Below, piece after piece: positions 45,925-55,738 of a stretch of 64,000 bases of DNA. The stretch spans positions 120,623 to 184,622 of the forward strand of contig MEUZ01000001.1 in the NCBI GenBank assembly GCA_001772615.1, given 5' to 3'. The position numbers and the translations under genes are program-made. The notes below the pieces were generated by a model that worked only from the letters and a program-made list of their open reading frames with translations, searched no databases and was not told the origin of the DNA. This DNA comes from a candidate division WWE3 bacterium RIFCSPHIGHO2_01_FULL_40_23 (GTDB lineage: Bacteria > Patescibacteriota > WWE3 > UBA101185 > 2-01-FULL-41-18). How positions within the stretch are numbered: the first letter of the stretch is position 1; every line of letters begins with the position of its first letter.

Positions 45925-46073
45925 TTAAGAGGTTTTGCACCAACGAAGCGCTTTAAATTAAGAAAGTTGACATCTAAACTTTAAAGAATACTGTTTTGCC
46001 AATTATATTAAACTGATATACCATCCAACCAGAATCACCCACAAAACGGTTTTTGAATAGTATACTTTTATAA

Positions 46074-46247
46074 GTGAAAAGAACCATAATCTGGGTGGTC
46101 GTCTTATCTTTACTTGCAGTGGACTTTGCAGCGCTTGATGATATTACAACGGGAAATGAGCCAAGCTACTTCCTTGAGTATGCTATTTTAATTATCAGTC
46201 TTCTGATTTTCGGTGTTCTTGGATTTATTACTATACGAAAAAGATGA
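46074..46247 (+). CDS. candidate unannotated 57-aa 2-TM membrane protein with a GTG start (VKRTIIWVVVLSLLAVDFAALDDITTGNEPSYFLEYAILIISLLIFGVLGFITIRKR)
   Basis: Open frame with two clean hydrophobic helices. TAGTATACT -10-like element 8 nt upstream. Below the track's length cutoff. Confidence 0.25.
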   Translation: MKRTIIWVVVLSLLAVDFAALDDITTGNEPSYFLEYAILIISLLIFGVLGFITIRKR

Positions 46248-46295
46248 CACCTTGAAGTATTGCATGGAAGATGGGGAGTGGTATATTTAATATAA

Positions 46296-47627
46296 ATGAA
46301 CCCTGCCTTACTTAAACGAAGCATATTAACGGTGCTTATTATCACGGCTCTATTTTTACTCACATCAGGGTGGCAAAACGCCAACGCATCTACAAAAACC
46401 CTCAAATCAGTTAAAGACGCATCCGTAAGATCAAAATCCTCATCAACCAATGTTAATACCGAAAGTTTGGAAGTTGCCTATGATGAAGAAATTTTCTTAT
46501 CGGATGATAAAAGAGCTTCCTATGTCCAGTTTGATATAAGTTCACTTCCAAGCAACGCGATCATCAATTCCGCGAAACTAAGACTTTACCAAACTTCCCA
46601 TTCATTAACCGACAACACTGTAACAATAGACGCGATCAGAGTTATATCGGAATGGAGCGAAACAGGGGTTAAATGGTCAAACAAACCCTCAACTTACAAC
46701 CCGACAGCAAGCAAGTCCGTAACGGAAACCGCAACGTGGGTTGAATGGACTGTTACAAACACAGTTAAAGGCTGGAAAGACGGGACATACTCAAACTACG
46801 GTTTTGAGATATCCGGGAAAGATCAATCAAGCGATTACTTTTTAAAATTCTCGTCAAGGGAATCGGACAAAGACCCCGAACTTGTAATTGACTATGATGT
46901 TCCAATAGATTTTAACATCGGAATCATTAACCCAAACCTTTTTGATTTAACAGCTCCTGAAATATCAGACATAAAAGTTAAAGATACTACAGACACATCT
47001 GCAAAAATAACCTGGAAAACAAACGAGGATACGGACGGATTTGTGGATTATGACACCGACACCAGCTACGACAAAACGGCTAACGGCGAGCTGGATACAA
47101 AAGACCATGAACTATCCCTTTATGATCTTGAACCTGAAACAAAGTACCACTACAGAGTAAGAGCTAAAGACGCCGCGGGAAACGAAACCAAAGCATCAGA
47201 TAAAACTTTCACAACACTGGAGCAGGAAGAGCTTTCTCCAGCCGCCCCGCAACAGACGCCAACCCCGACTCCAACACCAACAAGTGTGACCCAAGAGGTA
47301 GAAGATGAAGCAGTCGTGAGAGAGGAAACAGGATCTTCTGAAGAACCGCAGGAATCTGCAACCTCAACACCAGAAAGCGCAAAAGGAGATGAAACGGGCA
47401 GCTCCAAATACGTTAGGGTTGAGGACCTGATGAAATATCTAAAAATAGGTGGCATAGGTTTGGGAATAATCTTAATATTTATAATTGGAATTCTTCTTGG
47501 AAAGAAACTTGCAGGGAAGGGAGCGCCACACAAAACCGCAGCGGAGGATGAACACGCAAAACACCATCATACGGAAGAGGAGGAAGCGCACCATGAACAC
47601 AAGGACATGGAGGAACCCCCATCTTAG
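46296..47627 (+). CDS. secreted DNRLRE-domain + fibronectin-III-domain protein with Pro/Thr linker, acidic stretch, C-terminal TM anchor and His/Glu-rich tail
   Basis: AKLRLYQTSHS...IRVISEWSETGVKWSNKPS (DNRLRE-like). FN3 motif ITWKT...YHYRVRAKDAAGNE. PTPTPTPT linker. TM IGGIGLGIILIFIIGILLG. Tail HAKHHHTEEEEAHHEHKD. Confidence 0.55.
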   Translation: MNPALLKRSILTVLIITALFLLTSGWQNANASTKTLKSVKDASVRSKSSSTNVNTESLEVAYDEEIFLSDDKRASYVQFDISSLPSNAIINSAKLRLYQTSHSLTDNTVTIDAIRVISEWSETGVKWSNKPSTYNPTASKSVTETATWVEWTVTNTVKGWKDGTYSNYGFEISGKDQSSDYFLKFSSRESDKDPELVIDYDVPIDFNIGIINPNLFDLTAPEISDIKVKDTTDTSAKITWKTNEDTDGFVDYDTDTSYDKTANGELDTKDHELSLYDLEPETKYHYRVRAKDAAGNETKASDKTFTTLEQEELSPAAPQQTPTPTPTPTSVTQEVEDEAVVREETGSSEEPQESATSTPESAKGDETGSSKYVRVEDLMKYLKIGGIGLGIILIFIIGILLGKKLAGKGAPHKTAAEDEHAKHHHTEEEEAHHEHKDMEEPPS

Positions 47628-47639
47628 TAAGAAGGGAAG

Positions 47640-48023
47640 CTAAATAGCTTCAAGTCTTATATTAACGTTAGTTTTTCCCTGAATGTTAACACCCTGCACA
47701 ACAACAGCCTTTCCGCTCTCATGACCATCAAAAACCATGCTAAAGGTATCTTCCGTAACGGATGTATTTATCGTCCTTTCAGTAAGCCCCATCTTTGTAA
47801 GTTCCGTTCTGTAAAACTCTTCGGTTTGCTTAAGGTTTAATGAGGTCTGAAAGTTGACTTGGCTTCCATCAGTCCCTTTTGTAAAATTAGAAACCGACGA
47901 AGGCATAGGGAAGATTGTATCGTAACCCCCGCCGACTTTCCCACCTTTTAGAACAAAAGATACGACAAGTAAAATAACTACAACGGCACCAACTATCAAA
48001 ACAAGTAAATATTTTTTATTCAT
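47640..48023 (-). CDS. hypothetical N-terminally anchored small protein
   Basis: ORF only. Confidence 0.4.
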   Translation of the reverse strand: MNKKYLLVLIVGAVVVILLVVSFVLKGGKVGGGYDTIFPMPSSVSNFTKGTDGSQVNFQTSLNLKQTEEFYRTELTKMGLTERTINTSVTEDTFSMVFDGHESGKAVVVQGVNIQGKTNVNIRLEAI

Positions 48024-48075
48024 AAATTAAATCTAACATACCAATGACATTGTAAAAAGGGGTACAATAAACCTG

Positions 48076-48879
48076 ATGACTCCTATTTATGAACTTCTTA
48101 ATTTATCGGGGAAAACCGCTATTGTAACCGGCGGGGCTTTAGGGATCGGTTACGGAATAGCAAGCAGGCTTGCGGAAGCTGGTGCTAACGTTGTAATCGC
48201 GGATTATAAAGAACAAGAAGCAAAGGATGCGGAACAGGAGCTTTTGTCGCGCGGCTTACATACTAAGGCAGTCAAAACCGATGTTTCCGATGAAACCTCG
48301 GTAATGAAAATGGTGGGAGAGACCGTTTCCTCTTTTGGCTCAATTGATATTTTGGTAAATAACGCAGGAATTTATCCTTCAATACCTGTTTCCAAGATGA
48401 CACTAGCCGATTTTGAAAAAGTAATTGCCATTAATCTTAAAGGCGTTTTTCTATGCACAAAATATGCATCAAACCTGATGATTCGGGAGGGTAACGGAGG
48501 AAAGATAATAAACATTACATCTATTGACGCACTGCATCCTTCGTCAATTGGGCTTGCTCATTATGACGCCTCCAAACACGGTGTGTGGGGCTTCACAAAA
48601 AACATTGCTCTGGAGCTTGCACCTCATAAGATTTGGGTAAACGCAATTGCGCCAGGAGGAATTGCCACCCCGGGAGTAAAAGAGCTTCAGCAGAAAATTC
48701 CTTCGGAAAGCACTGTGGACATGAGTAAAATGCTGGAAGTATTTCTTAAAAAAATCCCGATGAGAAGAATGGGAGAACCTGATGATATTGCTAAAGTTGC
48801 ATTATTTTTAGCTTCTGATATGTCCTCTTATATGACGGGAAGTCAGATTGTGGTTGACGGCGGCGTCCTCCTATCTTAA
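48076..48879 (+). CDS. SDR-family oxidoreductase (FabG-like)
   Basis: TGGALGIGYGIA, NNAG, YDASKHGV (YxxxK). Confidence 0.8.
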   Translation: MTPIYELLNLSGKTAIVTGGALGIGYGIASRLAEAGANVVIADYKEQEAKDAEQELLSRGLHTKAVKTDVSDETSVMKMVGETVSSFGSIDILVNNAGIYPSIPVSKMTLADFEKVIAINLKGVFLCTKYASNLMIREGNGGKIINITSIDALHPSSIGLAHYDASKHGVWGFTKNIALELAPHKIWVNAIAPGGIATPGVKELQQKIPSESTVDMSKMLEVFLKKIPMRRMGEPDDIAKVALFLASDMSSYMTGSQIVVDGGVLLS

Positions 48880-48887
48880 ACCCCCAT

Positions 48888-48955
48888 GTCATCCCGCACT
48901 TGATGCGGGATCTCTACAGAAGATCCAACGGGATCCCCGCTTTCGCGGGGATGAC
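48888..48955. repeat. composite palindromic repeat, copy G (inverted orientation relative to copy A)
   Basis: gtcatcccgcacttgatgcgggatc-tctacagaagatcc-aacgggatccccgctttcgcggggatgac. The central ggatctctacagaagatcc is the reverse complement of the copy A centre. Confidence 0.75.
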
Positions 48956-49049
48956 AAGTCCTGTTCAGCATAGCATCGACCAGACCCATCCATGTTCTTA
49001 GATAGCGTTGATTTGGCTTAACCCCCAACCTGAAATATAATAATACCGC

Positions 49050-50795
49050 ATGGAAATACTCAATAAGATAAAAGAACTTTTAACCCAAGGGTTTATTAAC
49101 GAAGAAAACGGCGTTCTAAAAGAATCGGTTATCGGAAATATTTTTTTGAGTTTGGGCACTTCAGTATTATGTTTTGCAGCTTCTCTGCTTTTACTAAACT
49201 CATTAGGATTTTTTCTGGGGTTTGAAGTTTCATCTCTTTCCGTAATGATCTCATTAGTCGTAAGTGCTTTATTCCTCATCATTTCCGCTGGCAAACTATC
49301 AGGTTTTAAATGGGTGCCTTTTGGTTTGTTAGCATTTGCACTAATTGTACTTGCAGGTTTCTATGTAATGAAATTCCAGTCAAAAGTTTTTGACATTTCA
49401 TATGACGGGCAGGCTTATCATCAGGAGGCTATTTTTCAGTTAGTCAAAGGCTGGAATCCCGTTTATAAACAACTGACTTCCGAAGAAGCCAACAACATGC
49501 ACAGACTCCTTAACCACTATTCAAAAGGCCCCTGGATTATGTCGGCGTCCATATTTAAGTTAACCGGGCAGATAGAAACCGCAAAAATCTTCACTCCCCT
49601 ATTTATTATTGCTTCATTTCTTATAGTAGCCTCTTTTCTGACATCAGTAAGGAGCATTAATCCGGTTTTTAGTATTTCCATTGCTTTGCTTGCCGCCTTA
49701 AACCCCGTATCCATATATCAATCCTTAAGCTTTTACGTTGACGGACAGCTTATGTCACTACTTATTTGCCTTATCAGCGCTTCCGCCATAGTTTACCTCT
49801 CAAAAAACAGCTACTCCCTGTGGACTCTTTTTTCCACTCTGGTAATTCTTCTTAACATTAAGCTTACGGCGGTCGCTTACGCCACCATTCTTCTTGCCGG
49901 TCCTTTTTTAGCTTTATTTTTAAAGGAAAAAATTGATAAGCTAATTGCCTTTTCATCAGTTACAGTAGTCTCTTATTTCATAGGTATCGTAGTCATAGGA
50001 TTTAATCCTTATGTAACTAACACGCTTTACAAAGGAAATCCGCTATATCCTGTGGTAGGAAGCGGAGCGGAAGCTTACATTGAGGGCAACATGCCGGAAA
50101 ATTACTTTAACAAAAACCCCGTCTCAAGGCTCTTTTCGTCAGCATTTTCAAAATCCGAAAACGTAAGAGGAAAAGGTAAATTCGCGTCCCTTAAAAATCC
50201 ATTTTCGGTTTCACCGGAGGAGACAAAGGCTTTTGGGGCAATGGGAGCAAAAGTCGGCGGGTGGGGCCCACTCTTCGGGGCCGCTTTAATAATTTCACTT
50301 TTAGGATTTGCTACACTAATAGCTTTAGGAAAAGAAACAAAGCTTGGAAAAAGCGCCCTTTTAATAATAGGGCTAATACTTATCTCATGCTTTATTAACC
50401 CCATTTCTTCTTTAGCGAGATTCGTCCCTCAATTTTATTTAATTCCTTTAATAATTAGTGTGTTTATCTTTATGGGAAGGGGTGTGTTCACAAAAACATT
50501 TGGCATTGCCGTTATGGCAATCCTTATTGCCAACAATTATTTGATCGCACAAAGTTATTTCAATTACAACTTTGAGATGACAAAAAGATGGGAGGAGAAG
50601 CTTGTTGAGCTCTCCGACAGGTCGGGAGAAAAGGCTCTTGTTATTGATTTTGATCAATTCAGATTAAGCGGGATGGAAAGATTTAAAAACTACGGAATTG
50701 ACTATATAGAAGCCAAATCGGAAGAGTGCAAGAACAGTGCCAGATTGTTCCCCGAAAGCGTGATTATAGAATGTAAAGAGCAAAGTTCAAACTGA
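49050..50795 (+). CDS. large polytopic membrane protein (>=12 TM), possibly a GT-C-fold glycosyltransferase or polymerase
   Basis: Hydropathy and gene context only. Confidence 0.4.
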   Translation: MEILNKIKELLTQGFINEENGVLKESVIGNIFLSLGTSVLCFAASLLLLNSLGFFLGFEVSSLSVMISLVVSALFLIISAGKLSGFKWVPFGLLAFALIVLAGFYVMKFQSKVFDISYDGQAYHQEAIFQLVKGWNPVYKQLTSEEANNMHRLLNHYSKGPWIMSASIFKLTGQIETAKIFTPLFIIASFLIVASFLTSVRSINPVFSISIALLAALNPVSIYQSLSFYVDGQLMSLLICLISASAIVYLSKNSYSLWTLFSTLVILLNIKLTAVAYATILLAGPFLALFLKEKIDKLIAFSSVTVVSYFIGIVVIGFNPYVTNTLYKGNPLYPVVGSGAEAYIEGNMPENYFNKNPVSRLFSSAFSKSENVRGKGKFASLKNPFSVSPEETKAFGAMGAKVGGWGPLFGAALIISLLGFATLIALGKETKLGKSALLIIGLILISCFINPISSLARFVPQFYLIPLIISVFIFMGRGVFTKTFGIAVMAILIANNYLIAQSYFNYNFEMTKRWEEKLVELSDRSGEKALVIDFDQFRLSGMERFKNYGIDYIEAKSEECKNSARLFPESVIIECKEQSSN

Positions 50796-50940
50796 CCTTC
50801 TTACAGGATTGCTCTTTTGAAATTCTTTGTGGTAAATAACCATATCGGTAAGAAGGTTCATATTGTATTTCTTAACGAGATCTCTAACCAAAACCTCAAG
50901 CTCTTCCCGATAATCCTTGTATTGCGAGTCATAAAACTCT

Positions 50941-52533
50941 TTAAAAATTGGCGCTCTCATTACCCTTATTGATATCGCCAACAGAATAAACCCAGATAGT
51001 GGGGTTGTGGTAATACTTCACGGTTGATGAAGCTTCCAGGTAATTGGGGGCAATAAAGTCGGATTCAAACGCGTCAACTTTAAACTTTGCGACCAATCGG
51101 CTTCTTTTTAGAAATTTCTGAAACTCCTCCCAGCCTTCCCTATATTTATCAGCGTTCCTATAATTTTCAAATACCCTTATGTCCTGGCTGGTTAGAACAA
51201 CCAAACTGTTGTCAATATTCCAATTTTCTTTAGTTCTTGGTGCACCCGCCAGCAACTTAGAATTGTACCCGGCTACATAGGTATGATATCCAATGTCATG
51301 AGCTCCACCCAAAAAATGGACCTCCATATCCCTTGTCACATTCACAAGAAGCCACTCCAAAGCCACTTCCCTGGTGTCTTTCTTAGTTAAGTAGTAATCA
51401 AAAATAACAATTCTTGCCAAAGAAACACAAAATATCAAGATTACCACTATAGATCCGGCCAGAGCCCGCCTGGTAAATAATTTATAGATAAAAAAAGCGG
51501 CAAAAAACGCCAGGAAAGGGGTGATGGCAGTAAGAAGCCGATCAAAGCGGACAGACCTCGTCCCAATAACCACAAAATACAAAGCAGGAAATAACATTAC
51601 ATACAACTTATGACCATAATCTGATTTTAAATAGAAAAACGCTCCGGCAATGCTCGCAAAAAACAACGGGTAATACAGCCCAACCTTAAGAGCGTACTGG
51701 AAAAAAAAGTTAAAAGAGGACATTCCATTAGCGGCGGAGGCATATATAGCGTTATTTTGAATTTCCATCGCCTCCGTTATCAATCGCGGCCAAATGTTAA
51801 CCGGCGCAGTTATGAAAAACTCAAATTGTGAAAGAACAAATCCCACAATGCTAAAGAATCCGATGATTACAAATTTTATAAACAGTCCTTTGATGTCAAT
51901 ATTCTTTTTCGCCCACTGCCGAATTAAAAAAACTAGTAGCGGAACTAAAAACAGCGTCCCATTTAGCCTAATAGACATTGCCAATCCCGCGGAAAAAGCA
52001 GCACTCATAAGATGGGCCGGTCTGTTTGAGGTGATGTATAAAATACTTAAATAAATTGATAAAAGACCAAGAAAGTGGGTATAAACATCCTGCCTTAAGT
52101 AATGGGAAGTCTGCACGTCTACGAAAGTTATACTCAAAAATAGCGCCGACAGAAGAGCGAGCTTTTCATCAAATAATTCCCTGACAATCAAAAATATAAA
52201 TAAGACATTAATAGTTGAGAGTACCGCACTTAATACACGCCCAATATAAAGAGTGCTGGCTCTATACATTCGGTCAGCGCTGGGACTTTTGATGAGGCTT
52301 ATCTTGTTTTCAACCACCGCCGCGTCTATCGTCTGCACCACATAATGCATAATATTTAGAGCCTCTCCTTTTTTGTAGTCCACTTTATACTCCCCCCTGG
52401 CTTTGGCGATAGTTAAAGTCTCATCGGTATGAGTAAAAAAGACAGGCAGGCCAAAATCCGCTCCCCAAAACCTTAGAATAAATGCAAAAAATAATACCGA
52501 AATCAAGAGCTTATTCTCGGTCAATTCAAGCAT
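50941..52533 (-). CDS. GT-C-fold membrane glycosyltransferase (PMT/ArnT GT39/GT83-like)
   Basis: Multi-TM N-terminal domain with an acidic DE motif in the first loop (FFTHTDETL), plus a C-terminal soluble domain. Confidence 0.45.
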   Translation of the reverse strand: MLELTENKLLISVLFFAFILRFWGADFGLPVFFTHTDETLTIAKARGEYKVDYKKGEALNIMHYVVQTIDAAVVENKISLIKSPSADRMYRASTLYIGRVLSAVLSTINVLFIFLIVRELFDEKLALLSALFLSITFVDVQTSHYLRQDVYTHFLGLLSIYLSILYITSNRPAHLMSAAFSAGLAMSIRLNGTLFLVPLLVFLIRQWAKKNIDIKGLFIKFVIIGFFSIVGFVLSQFEFFITAPVNIWPRLITEAMEIQNNAIYASAANGMSSFNFFFQYALKVGLYYPLFFASIAGAFFYLKSDYGHKLYVMLFPALYFVVIGTRSVRFDRLLTAITPFLAFFAAFFIYKLFTRRALAGSIVVILIFCVSLARIVIFDYYLTKKDTREVALEWLLVNVTRDMEVHFLGGAHDIGYHTYVAGYNSKLLAGAPRTKENWNIDNSLVVLTSQDIRVFENYRNADKYREGWEEFQKFLKRSRLVAKFKVDAFESDFIAPNYLEASSTVKYYHNPTIWVYSVGDINKGNESANF

Positions 52534-52547
52534 GGTAGTATAGTACC

Positions 52548-53468
52548 ATGAAATTCTCAGTTGGAATTTGTGTCTATAACGAGGAAAAAAACATAAAGCA
52601 GATACTGCATAGTGTTTTTTCCCAAAAACTTGGAGGTCATGTCCTATCCGAAGTTTTGGTTGTGGCTTCAGGTTGTACTGACAAAACCGTGCCCGCAGTC
52701 AAAAAACTGCAAAAAAAAGAAACTAAAATAAAACTAATTGAGCAAGTAAAGAGAGAAGGTAAAGCTTCTGCTCTCAATTTATTCGTAAAAAAAGCCAAAA
52801 ACAGAAATCTTATTTTATTAAGCGCGGACACAATGCTTGAAAAAAACACGTTCATGCATCTTCTTGATTCTCTGTCACAGGAGCAAGTGGGCATGTCGGG
52901 GGCCCGAGTTATACCTATAAACAACAAGGACACTTTTATCGGATACGCCGTTCATTTACAATGGAGGCTCCATCATTTATTGAACCTGGATGAAAAAAAG
53001 CAGCCAAAAATTGGAGAGATTGTCGCTTTTAAGAAGATTTTTGAACGGATCCCGCCCTCCTCCGCCGTGGACGAGGCAAGCATTGAACCTCTCATCCACA
53101 ACCAGTCCTACGCCGTTGTTTACAACCCAAGCGCGATTATTTACAATAAGGGTCCCGAAACAATATTAGACTTCATCAAACAGCGTAGAAGGATTTACTC
53201 TGGGCATACAGCGTTAAAATATAGGCAAAACTATAGGGTTAGCACGTACAGCGGCCTTAAAATTATGAAAGTGCTTATAAAAAACCTGGAATTGCGCCCA
53301 ATTTATATTGTTTATACAATCGGCGCTATAGCACTGGAGGGTTTTTCAAGGTTGCTTGGGACAATTGACTATTTTTTAAAGACCAAAGATCACACGGTCT
53401 GGGAAGTGTCAAAAACAACTAAAACATCTTTTAGTAATCTAAAAGTGGTAAAAAATTATGATAATTGA
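52548..53468 (+). CDS. family 2 glycosyltransferase
   Basis: N-terminal FSVGICVYNEEKNI ... SADTM pattern typical of GT2. Confidence 0.7.
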   Translation: MKFSVGICVYNEEKNIKQILHSVFSQKLGGHVLSEVLVVASGCTDKTVPAVKKLQKKETKIKLIEQVKREGKASALNLFVKKAKNRNLILLSADTMLEKNTFMHLLDSLSQEQVGMSGARVIPINNKDTFIGYAVHLQWRLHHLLNLDEKKQPKIGEIVAFKKIFERIPPSSAVDEASIEPLIHNQSYAVVYNPSAIIYNKGPETILDFIKQRRRIYSGHTALKYRQNYRVSTYSGLKIMKVLIKNLELRPIYIVYTIGAIALEGFSRLLGTIDYFLKTKDHTVWEVSKTTKTSFSNLKVVKNYDN

Positions 53469-53700
53469 AGTGGACAGGGAAAAATGCGTGGGCGCTCTGC
53501 CCTGCATAGCCGTTGCGCCTAAAACATTTAAACTTGACAAAGACAAAAAAGCATACGTTATTGACCCGAAAGGAAATAACTATAAAACGGTGCTGCTAGC
53601 GGCGAGATCATGCCCGGTAAAAGCTATCAAAATTTTTGATGACCAGGGTAAAGAAGTTTATCCGGGTAGTGAATTTAACAAGGAAGACAACACCTTTTAA
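53458..53700 (+). CDS. Pyrococcus-type single-cluster ferredoxin (C-x2-A-x2-C ... CP)
   Basis: CVGALPC ... SCPVKAI. Same ligand pattern as the ferredoxin at 5010..5240. Confidence 0.6.
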   Translation: MIIEVDREKCVGALPCIAVAPKTFKLDKDKKAYVIDPKGNNYKTVLLAARSCPVKAIKIFDDQGKEVYPGSEFNKEDNTF

Positions 53701-53706
53701 GGACCT

Positions 53707-54786
53707 ATGTTACAACTATTATCAAAGATCCCTCAATATAAATTAGCCTATCATCTGGGATGGCCCAAGATATTACCAGCTAACTACACCTTCATTATCT
53801 CCACATTTTGCAATTCCAGATGCAAAACCTGCTATGTCTGGAAGCAGCAGCACGAAGAATTAGTCCTGGATGAATGGAAAAAAATATTAAAAAGCATAGG
53901 CAAGGCCCCTTTCTGGGTCACGGTATCGGGAGGTGAACCATTTATACAGCCGCATATCGCCGAGCTTTGCAAAATGATATGTGAAATATGTGAACCCGCT
54001 ATTCTGAATATTCCAACCAACTCTACAATGTACAAAATTATCCCCGGGAGGCTAAAAGAGATTTTGGAAGGGGCAAAGAAAACACAAATTATCATAAACC
54101 TTTCCTTGGATGGGGTTGGAGAAAAACACGACCAAATAAGACGCACTCATAACAATTTTGAGTATTTTAAAGAGAACTACAAGAACATTAAAAAAATGAA
54201 GGCAAGCTATGACAACTTAACCGTCGGTATTCATTCAGTAATATCAAAGTTTAATTTTAACGACGCAAGAGAACTCTTTGACTATGCCTTAGGCTTGGAA
54301 CCCGACCAGTACATCACCGAGATTGCGGAAGAACGCAAGGAGCTGGATACTCACGGCAAAGCCATAACGCCATCATATGAAGAATACTCTCAAGCTATTG
54401 ATAATTTAATTGAACGGATCAAAAAAAGAAGGTTTACAGGAATGGCTAAAATAACGGAGAGCTTTAGACTGGAGTATTATGACATGGTAAAAAAATGGTT
54501 GAAAAGAAGAGAGCAGATTTTCCCATGTTTTGCGGGAGTTGCCAGCTGTCAGGTTTCAAGCTGGGGAGAGGTATGGCCGTGCTGCATTAGAGGAGACAAA
54601 ATGGGAGACTTGCGGGCTGTAGATTACGATTTTAAGAAAGCATGGTTCAACCAGGAGGCGGACAGAATAAGAAGAAGCATAAAAAATAGAGAATGTGAGT
54701 GCCCTCTTGCTAATGCAAGTTACACCAATATGCTTATGCATGTTGCAACCTTAACCAAAGTAGGGCTTAGAGTATTAATCCCTTAA
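53707..54786 (+). CDS. radical SAM enzyme with a C-terminal SPASM/twitch-like Cys-rich domain
   Basis: CNSRCKTC (Cx3Cx2C), GGEP SAM-binding motif, and a C-terminal CFAGVASCQ...WPCC...CEC cluster. Confidence 0.75.
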   Translation: MLQLLSKIPQYKLAYHLGWPKILPANYTFIISTFCNSRCKTCYVWKQQHEELVLDEWKKILKSIGKAPFWVTVSGGEPFIQPHIAELCKMICEICEPAILNIPTNSTMYKIIPGRLKEILEGAKKTQIIINLSLDGVGEKHDQIRRTHNNFEYFKENYKNIKKMKASYDNLTVGIHSVISKFNFNDARELFDYALGLEPDQYITEIAEERKELDTHGKAITPSYEEYSQAIDNLIERIKKRRFTGMAKITESFRLEYYDMVKKWLKRREQIFPCFAGVASCQVSSWGEVWPCCIRGDKMGDLRAVDYDFKKAWFNQEADRIRRSIKNRECECPLANASYTNMLMHVATLTKVGLRVLIP

Positions 54787-55737
54787 CCGATCTTTTTCCC
54801 ACAACCACAAATAAACCGCACCTGCCAGCGCCGGAGCCGTGCGGGCAATAATAAAGGAAACAATAGACATCCCAAGTATTTTTTCCGGTGATGCTGTGTA
54901 TTCACCAAGTACCAGTAAAAGCGCGGCCTCTCTTGTTCCTATTCCGCTAACGGTAATGGGTATCAACCCAATCACTGATGAAAAACTCAATGCTGATACC
55001 AACACAGGAAAGGAAACTCCTAAATTAACTGACAGAGAAATAAGATATATACAAGTATAAACAGTCACCCAAGCGAAAAGTGAAATTATCAAAGGATAAA
55101 AAGACTCTCCCAGTGTGGGTATATTTCTATACAGATTCTTAATCTTAGTACCGTATCTAGACTTAATATCGGAAGGAATGACGAAATTGTAAATAGCAAC
55201 AGCCAGTCTTCCGAATAAACTTTTGTCAAGCAGGCCTGTAGAAAGACCCACCAAAATAAAGATAATGGAAAATCCGTAAATGTAGTTGTTCCATCTGGAA
55301 TGCACAAACATTAATGTCCCTATTGATGCAATAATCAGTAAGGAGACGGCCTCCAAAAACTTATCCGTTAAAGTGGTTAAAACCAAAACCTCTTTTTTTA
55401 TGCTTTTGTCCCTCAAATAAAGCATTTTCGCCAGAGTGCCTACCTGCGTCGGTGTAATTATTGAGTAAAAATATCCGATACATGTGGCTCTAAAGAGGTC
55501 GCTTAACGGGACATGAACATTTTTTTTCGCCAAAAGACATTGCCAGCGATAACTTGTTAAGATTATGTATAAAATCAATGGAAATACAGACAACAACAGT
55601 AAAATTACATTCATTTCCTTCACTGTATTAAGGAGATTGGATATTCCAACTTTGTAAATCAACAAAAAAATTAAGAATAAACCAAAAGTTAATGCTATTT
55701 TTATATAGTGGTTTTTGATCAGCTTAAAAAATCTCAT
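54775..55737 (-). CDS. UPF0104/lysyl-PG-synthase-TM-type flippase-like membrane protein
   Basis: SYRWQCLL ... ITPTQVGTLAKMLYL signature, 8 TM. Confidence 0.55.
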   Translation of the reverse strand: MRFFKLIKNHYIKIALTFGLFLIFLLIYKVGISNLLNTVKEMNVILLLLSVFPLILYIILTSYRWQCLLAKKNVHVPLSDLFRATCIGYFYSIITPTQVGTLAKMLYLRDKSIKKEVLVLTTLTDKFLEAVSLLIIASIGTLMFVHSRWNNYIYGFSIIFILVGLSTGLLDKSLFGRLAVAIYNFVIPSDIKSRYGTKIKNLYRNIPTLGESFYPLIISLFAWVTVYTCIYLISLSVNLGVSFPVLVSALSFSSVIGLIPITVSGIGTREAALLLVLGEYTASPEKILGMSIVSFIIARTAPALAGAVYLWLWEKDRLRD

Positions 55738-55738
55738 A

